A DNA stretch of 52,751 bases, from contig WTHR01000187.1 in the NCBI GenBank assembly GCA_011523045.1, positions 1 through 52,751 on the forward strand, read 5' to 3'. Shown here piece after piece: positions 48,115-52,751 of this stretch. A model generated the notes under the pieces. It ran no database searches and was not told the origin of the DNA. It saw only the letters and a program-made list of their open reading frames with translations. The position numbers and the translations under genes are program-made. Origin of the DNA: Gammaproteobacteria bacterium (GTDB taxonomy: Bacteria > Pseudomonadota > Gammaproteobacteria > Arenicellales > UBA868). How positions within the stretch are numbered: position 1 is the first letter of the stretch; every line of letters begins with the position of its first letter.

Positions 48115-49371
48115 ATGCACTATGTAATCGCGGGCGCAGGGCCCGCTGCTATCGCTGCTGCGGAACATCTGCGGGAACTGGATGCGAGCGCTCAGGTGAC
48201 GTTGATTGGAGCGCAGGCGCAACCGCCGTATTCACGTATGGCGATACCGTATTTTCTGACAGGCAAGGTAAGCGAGGAAGGGACTTATCTGCGGCGTTCT
48301 CAGGATCACTACGAAGCTCACGGGCTGAACCTGATCCATGGAGAGGTGACGGCGGTCGATCCCAAAGGTCGCAGCGTCACTTTGGGGGACGGACAGAAAA
48401 TCAAATATGACAAGCTGCTGCTTGCGACCGGAGCCGAGCCGATCATTCCTCCGGTGTCAGGAATGGAGGATCCGCGGGTGCAGCAATGCTGGCATCTTGA
48501 GGATGCCGAACGGATTATTGAGCTTGCGAAACCGGGTGCCCGGGCGGTACAGGTTGGGGCCGGGTTTATCGGCTGCATCATCCTCGAGTCCTGGGTACTG
48601 CGTGAGGTTAACCTCACCGTGGTGGAGATGGGTCCGAGAATGGTGCCGAGGATGCTTGGGGAGAAAGCGGGGGGGTTGCTGCAGTCCTGGTGCGAAGCCA
48701 AAGGTGTAACGGTGCACACCAATACCCAGGTGAAAGCGATTGAATCCACACCGGATGAACTGCAGGTCGTGCTCGAGAATGGTGAGACGTGTCCCGCGGA
48801 TGTCGTGATTGTTTCGACTGGGGTGAAACCCCGGCTCCACTATCTCGAAGGATGTGATATCGATATTGACCAGGGTATTGTGGTGGATGCGCATATGCAG
48901 ACAAACCAGCCCGATGTCTATGCGGCAGGAGACTGCGCACAGGGCCTGGACTTCTCGACCGGAGAGACCGCGGTGCACGCCGTGCAGCCGACCGCAACGG
49001 AGCATGGTCGTATCGCAGCCGCAAACATGGTGGGGAATAACAACCTGCCCTATAAAGGCAGTTTGAATATGAATATCCTGGATACTCTGGGACTGGTGAC
49101 CTGTTCCTTCGGCGCCTGGGAAGGCGTTGCGGGCGGTGACAGCGCCGAGATGTATAACCCGGATAACCATCAGTATGTGAACCTGCAGTTCAAGGATGAC
49201 GTTCTGGTGGGTGCAAATTCAGTTGGCTATCATGAACACCTGGGTGTCTTGAGAGGCTTGATAGAAACGCAGATTCCTCTCGGCGAATGGAAGGATCGGC
49301 TTAAGGACAACCCTGTGAACCTTGTCGAAGCTTATCAGGGTGTCAATCAGGCGGCGTTGCAGAACGGTTGA
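48115..49371 (+). CDS. aorC: FAD/NAD-dependent oxidoreductase subunit of AOR
   Basis: IAGAGPA, PPYSR, LLLATG, VGAGFIG, VYAAGD. Start moved to ATG 48115. Confidence 0.85.
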   Translation: MHYVIAGAGPAAIAAAEHLRELDASAQVTLIGAQAQPPYSRMAIPYFLTGKVSEEGTYLRRSQDHYEAHGLNLIHGEVTAVDPKGRSVTLGDGQKIKYDKLLLATGAEPIIPPVSGMEDPRVQQCWHLEDAERIIELAKPGARAVQVGAGFIGCIILESWVLREVNLTVVEMGPRMVPRMLGEKAGGLLQSWCEAKGVTVHTNTQVKAIESTPDELQVVLENGETCPADVVIVSTGVKPRLHYLEGCDIDIDQGIVVDAHMQTNQPDVYAAGDCAQGLDFSTGETAVHAVQPTATEHGRIAAANMVGNNNLPYKGSLNMNILDTLGLVTCSFGAWEGVAGGDSAEMYNPDNHQYVNLQFKDDVLVGANSVGYHEHLGVLRGLIETQIPLGEWKDRLKDNPVNLVEAYQGVNQAALQNG

Positions 49372-49391
49372 TCTTCCGCGGTCGATGCGCC

Positions 49392-49643
49392 ATGACCATT
49401 ACTTTTAAACTCTACGCGGGTCTCAGCGAACACCTGCCGGCTCACGCCCGTCGGAATAGCGCGGAAATTGAGCTACTGCCAGACGAGACGGTTTATCAGT
49501 TTATCGATCGGCAGCAGGTGCCTCGCGAGGAGGCGCACCTGGTCCTGGTGAATGGCAGTTACCTGGACGAGGGGCAGCGCGCCACACACGTGCTCACTCA
49601 AGGGGATACCCTTGCCATCTGGCCGCCTGTGGCCGGCGGCTGA
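49392..49643 (+). CDS. MoaD/ThiS family sulfur carrier (AorD-like)
   Basis: LVLVNG, GDTLAIWPPVAGG C-terminus. Start moved to ATG 49392. Confidence 0.9.
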   Translation: MTITFKLYAGLSEHLPAHARRNSAEIELLPDETVYQFIDRQQVPREEAHLVLVNGSYLDEGQRATHVLTQGDTLAIWPPVAGG

Positions 49644-49675
49644 CTAAGCCGTCTGGATCGTAACCCCCGATCACG

Positions 49676-49957
49676 ATGGAAATCCAACGCGAAATGGGCG
49701 TCAGTCACGCCGTGTTTTTCCGTTCTCTGGCGCAGCTGCCCGAGGGCTGGGTGCTCGAGACGCGAACGGATGGCGCAACGCTGGGTTATGCGGGAGGCAG
49801 GATTGATATCTTGCTGGGAGACGAATGCGAACGCATTCTCGGCCTGATTCGATTGCCCTATACCCCTGCGACCTTTCGCTATACCGGGTTATCTGAAGCG
49901 GATCGGGAGAAATTTCAGGCGAGATTCGATCTTACGTTCCAGCGCGGCGGAGGCTGA
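49676..49957 (+). CDS. Hypothetical protein ending FQRGGG (position equivalent to aorE)
   Basis: 93-aa ORF filling the gap between moaD and moaA; TGATG overlap with moaA. Confidence 0.75.
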   Translation: MEIQREMGVSHAVFFRSLAQLPEGWVLETRTDGATLGYAGGRIDILLGDECERILGLIRLPYTPATFRYTGLSEADREKFQARFDLTFQRGGG

Positions 49958-51012
49958 TGATCTTGATAAGCGAGCACGCCTCAACCAGTAAAGCCGTACA
50001 GGACAGACTGCATCGACCGTTGCGGGATCTTCGGATCTCGGTGACTGATCGCTGCAATTTTCGCTGTGTTTACTGTATGCCTCGGGAAATATTTGGGCCG
50101 GGTTATGCCTTTTTGCCGCGAAAGGATCTTCTGACCCTTGAGGAAATCGCGCGCATTGCCCAGGTCTTCGCAGCGCTTGGCATGCGCAAGGTCAGAATTA
50201 CCGGCGGCGAGCCTCTGATTCGCCGCAACCTCGAGCACCTGATTGAGATGATCGATGCCACGGAAGGTGTGCAGGACATTAGCCTGACGACGAACGGTTC
50301 GATGTTGACCGCAGATCGGGCAGTTTCTTTGAAGCAGGCCGGGCTTAAGCGTCTGACCATCAGCCTCGATGCGCTTGACGACGCCACTTTCAAAAGCATC
50401 AATGATGTGGATTACCCAGCTTCGCGAGTTCTCGACGGTATCGACAACGCCCGGGCGGCAGGTTTTTCAGACATCAAAGTCAATGCGGTGGTGCGTCGGG
50501 GTCTCAATGAACACGCCGTTTTGGATCTGGCGAAACATTTCCGCCATTCCGGCTGCATTGTGCGCTTTATTGAGTACATGGATGTTGGAGAAACCAACGG
50601 CTGGAATCTCGACGATGTGATTCCTGCGGCTGACCTCGTCGACAGGATCGACGCACTGTATCCCCTTGAGGCGGTTTCTCCGAACTATCCCGGCGAGGTG
50701 GCCAAACGCTGGCGCTATCGGGACGGTGCCGGGGAAATTGGTTTCATCACTTCTGTGACGCAGTCTTTCTGCGGGGAGTGCTCTCGCGCACGCCTCTCGG
50801 CTGTGGGCGAGTTGTATACCTGTCTTTTTGGAACCCAGGGCCACGATTTGCGCAGCCTGCTACGGTCAGGAGCAGATGACGCTCAACTGCTCCAAGCGGT
50901 CAGTGGGATATGGCAGAAGCGAGAAGACCGGTATTCAGAGCTTCGGGCGACAGCGACGAAAGTGCCGGTGACGGGTCAGGCCAAGGTCGAGATGTCGCAC
51001 ATCGGCGGATAG
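49957..51012 (+). CDS. moaA: GTP 3',8-cyclase
   Basis: LRISVTDRCNFRCVYCMP radical-SAM motif, ITGGEPL, FCGECSRARL..LYTCLF, C-terminal HIGG. Confidence 0.96.
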   Translation: MILISEHASTSKAVQDRLHRPLRDLRISVTDRCNFRCVYCMPREIFGPGYAFLPRKDLLTLEEIARIAQVFAALGMRKVRITGGEPLIRRNLEHLIEMIDATEGVQDISLTTNGSMLTADRAVSLKQAGLKRLTISLDALDDATFKSINDVDYPASRVLDGIDNARAAGFSDIKVNAVVRRGLNEHAVLDLAKHFRHSGCIVRFIEYMDVGETNGWNLDDVIPAADLVDRIDALYPLEAVSPNYPGEVAKRWRYRDGAGEIGFITSVTQSFCGECSRARLSAVGELYTCLFGTQGHDLRSLLRSGADDAQLLQAVSGIWQKREDRYSELRATATKVPVTGQAKVEMSHIGG

Positions 51013-51036
51013 ACGGGTCGGCCAGAACCCCTCTCG

Positions 51037-51795
51037 TCAGGTGTAATCCGGTCGAGCACCGCATGCCGGACAGTCGCCGTTTCTCGGCAGGTTAATCATT
51101 TGCCAGTCCATTGCGATCCCGTCGAATACCATTACCCGTCCCCGCAAACCGGGCCCTGTTTTCAGGAGCACGTTAAGGGCTTCCAGCGCCTGCATGGTGC
51201 CAATCACGCCGACAATCGGGGCGATGACGCCCTCCATGGCGCAGGTGGCTGCCTCAACTCCAGTATCTGGATAGAGACACCGGTAGCATGGACAGTCAGG
51301 GTCCCGAGGGTCAAAAGTGGCAATCTGACCTTCCCACCGAATTGCCGCTCCTGAGACAAGAGGCGTGCCCATTGCAATGCATGCTTCGTTGAGGGCAAAT
51401 CGCGAAGGAAAATTATCGGTACAGTCGAGAACGACGTCGGCTTCGCCAACCTGTTGCAGCAGTTCCTCGCCTTCCAGTTCGTAATCCACCGCCTTAACTG
51501 CACATCGGGGATTCAGGTTTTCGATTGAGCGCTGGGCAGACGCGGCCTTCAGTTCGCCGACAGAGTCAAGATTATGGATGACCTGTCTTTGCAGATTGGA
51601 TTCATCCACACGGTCAAAGTCCGTAATGGTGAGGTGTCCGACCCCAGCACTGGCAAGGTAGAGCGCGACCGGCGAGCCCAGCCCCCCCATGCCGATAATC
51701 AACGCCCGGCTTGAAGACAACTGCTCCTGGCCGTCAATCCCGACCTGCGGGAGTTTGATTTGCCGGCTGTAGCGTTCCTGGTCAATGGGGTCCAT
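51037..51795 (-). CDS. moeB: Molybdopterin-synthase adenylyltransferase (MoeB/ThiF family)
   Basis: RYSRQI, IIGMGGLG, SNLQRQ, DCTDNF, CYRC and CPAC Zn motifs. Start moved to ATG 51795. Confidence 0.9.
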   Translation of the reverse strand: MDPIDQERYSRQIKLPQVGIDGQEQLSSSRALIIGMGGLGSPVALYLASAGVGHLTITDFDRVDESNLQRQVIHNLDSVGELKAASAQRSIENLNPRCAVKAVDYELEGEELLQQVGEADVVLDCTDNFPSRFALNEACIAMGTPLVSGAAIRWEGQIATFDPRDPDCPCYRCLYPDTGVEAATCAMEGVIAPIVGVIGTMQALEALNVLLKTGPGLRGRVMVFDGIAMDWQMINLPRNGDCPACGARPDYT

Positions 51796-51876
51796 GAGTT
51801 TCTGTCCGGGGACCGTGCCTGCTCTCAAGGATACAAGGGTGGCGCTCAGTATAACGACAAGCTCTTTGCAGACAGG

Positions 51877-52338
51877 TCAGAGGATAATCTCAAAAACCCG
51901 GTAAGCCGTTTCTGACATGCCGAGTTTCCGGTAGACCTCTTGGGCACCGCGGTTATCTTTTTCTACGTAAAGGCGAACCCCCGCCGCATCACCGCTCTGT
52001 TTTGCGAGGGAGATCACGTTGTCGTAAAGCAGGCGAAAAATTCCCTGTTTGCGCGCTGAGGGCACAACATAAACACTCTGAATCCACCACAGATTGCCGT
52101 TGCGCCAGTCACTCCACTCGTAGGTAATCATTAAAGAGCCAACTGCCTCTCCATCGGAGCGAGCGACAAGGTAGAAGCCGCGGCGATCGTCTCTGACGAC
52201 GGCCGCCACGCCGGCGTGTACGGTTTGTGGATCCAAGGCCAGATCCTCCGTCTCGGCAGCCATCGCAATGTTAAACTGCGTGATCGCTGCCACATCTTCA
52301 GTGGCGGCCCTACCAACGGCAATACTGCTAGAAGACAC
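51877..52338 (-). CDS. GNAT family N-acetyltransferase
   Basis: TYEWSDWRNG..WWIQSVYV...RKQGIF, LYVEKDN..AQ.VY..LGM. Confidence 0.88.
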   Translation of the reverse strand: MSSSSIAVGRAATEDVAAITQFNIAMAAETEDLALDPQTVHAGVAAVVRDDRRGFYLVARSDGEAVGSLMITYEWSDWRNGNLWWIQSVYVVPSARKQGIFRLLYDNVISLAKQSGDAAGVRLYVEKDNRGAQEVYRKLGMSETAYRVFEIIL

Positions 52339-52397
52339 GACAGGACGAGTTCCGGTTGTTCTGATTCGGGATCAAGGTCTGTGGAGGAATCATTTAG

Positions 52398-52751
52398 ATG
52401 GCACAAGGTGGAGACAACCGCAAGTTTAGCAAAGCCGCATTCATCGGATTGGGTGTGATGGGTTATCCGATGGCGGGGCATCTGGCAAAAAACGGGTTTG
52501 AGGTCACCGTGTATAACCGCACGGACTCCAAAGCCAAGAAATGGGTAGAGGAATATGGGGGGAAGAGTGCGCCCACCCCGGCGCTTGCCGCTGCCGATGC
52601 CCAGATCGTGTTCGCCTGCGTCGGGAACGATGACGATGTACGGGCTATCAGCACGGGATCAGATGGGGCATTCTCAACGATGATGCCCGGCACCATCTTT
52701 GTTGACCATACCACTGCATCAGCGGAAGTCGCCAGGGAGCTTGCTGCCGAG
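52398..52751 (+). CDS. NAD(P)-dependent beta-hydroxyacid dehydrogenase (3-hydroxyisobutyrate DH family), 3'-truncated; absent from the supplied ORF track
   Basis: Manual translation from ATG 52398: MAQGGDNRKFSKAAFIGLGVMGYPMAGHLAKNGFEVTVYNRT...ACVGND...VDHTT. GGAGG upstream; frame open to the window end. Confidence 0.9.
   Translation, partial: MAQGGDNRKFSKAAFIGLGVMGYPMAGHLAKNGFEVTVYNRTDSKAKKWVEEYGGKSAPTPALAAADAQIVFACVGNDDDVRAISTGSDGAFSTMMPGTIFVDHTTASAEVARELAAE

Noticed and set aside
1-52751. CRISPR array, tRNA/rRNA, IS element, prophage or defence island
   Set aside because: I saw no regularly spaced repeats, RNA gene signatures, transposase, integrase or phage genes. A by-eye scan could miss short or degenerate elements.

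Overview
Gene-dense bacterial chromosomal segment with about 54 CDS. It starts inside an RND permease gene and ends inside a beta-hydroxyacid dehydrogenase gene. The gene set (glnS, fabA-fabB, xseB-ispA-dxs-folE2, parE, cytochrome c4, sulfur-oxidiser-type sat) suggests a gammaproteobacterium, probably a sulfur-oxidising mixotroph; this is inference only. I found no rRNA, tRNA, CRISPR array, integrase or transposase. Housekeeping genes are interleaved with five metabolic modules. (1) serA-serC-DUF1015, with no serB. (2) A nine-gene cobalamin/folate methyl-transfer operon (corrinoid protein, DUF1638, PF13769-like protein, MetV-like protein, MetF, methyl-THF:corrinoid methyltransferase, GFA, RACE/ASKHA activator, Crp-family regulator) that lacks its substrate-specific methyltransferase. 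(3) lutABC lactate oxidation. (4) A partial leucine-degradation cluster behind a perfect 22-bp LiuR-type palindrome. (5) A tungsten-type aldehyde oxidoreductase operon aorABC-moaD-ORF-moaA facing moeB. Signals not explained by annotation: poly-Arg C-terminal tails on both predicted partners of a corrinoid protein that has a very acidic N-terminus; a 21-bp-spaced TGTCGC direct repeat in that operon's promoter; a GG-ending non-ubiquitin-like ORF in the aor operon; and two purine-rich, ~7-nt-periodic intra-operon spacers. All calls come from motif recognition by eye; no database searches were run.
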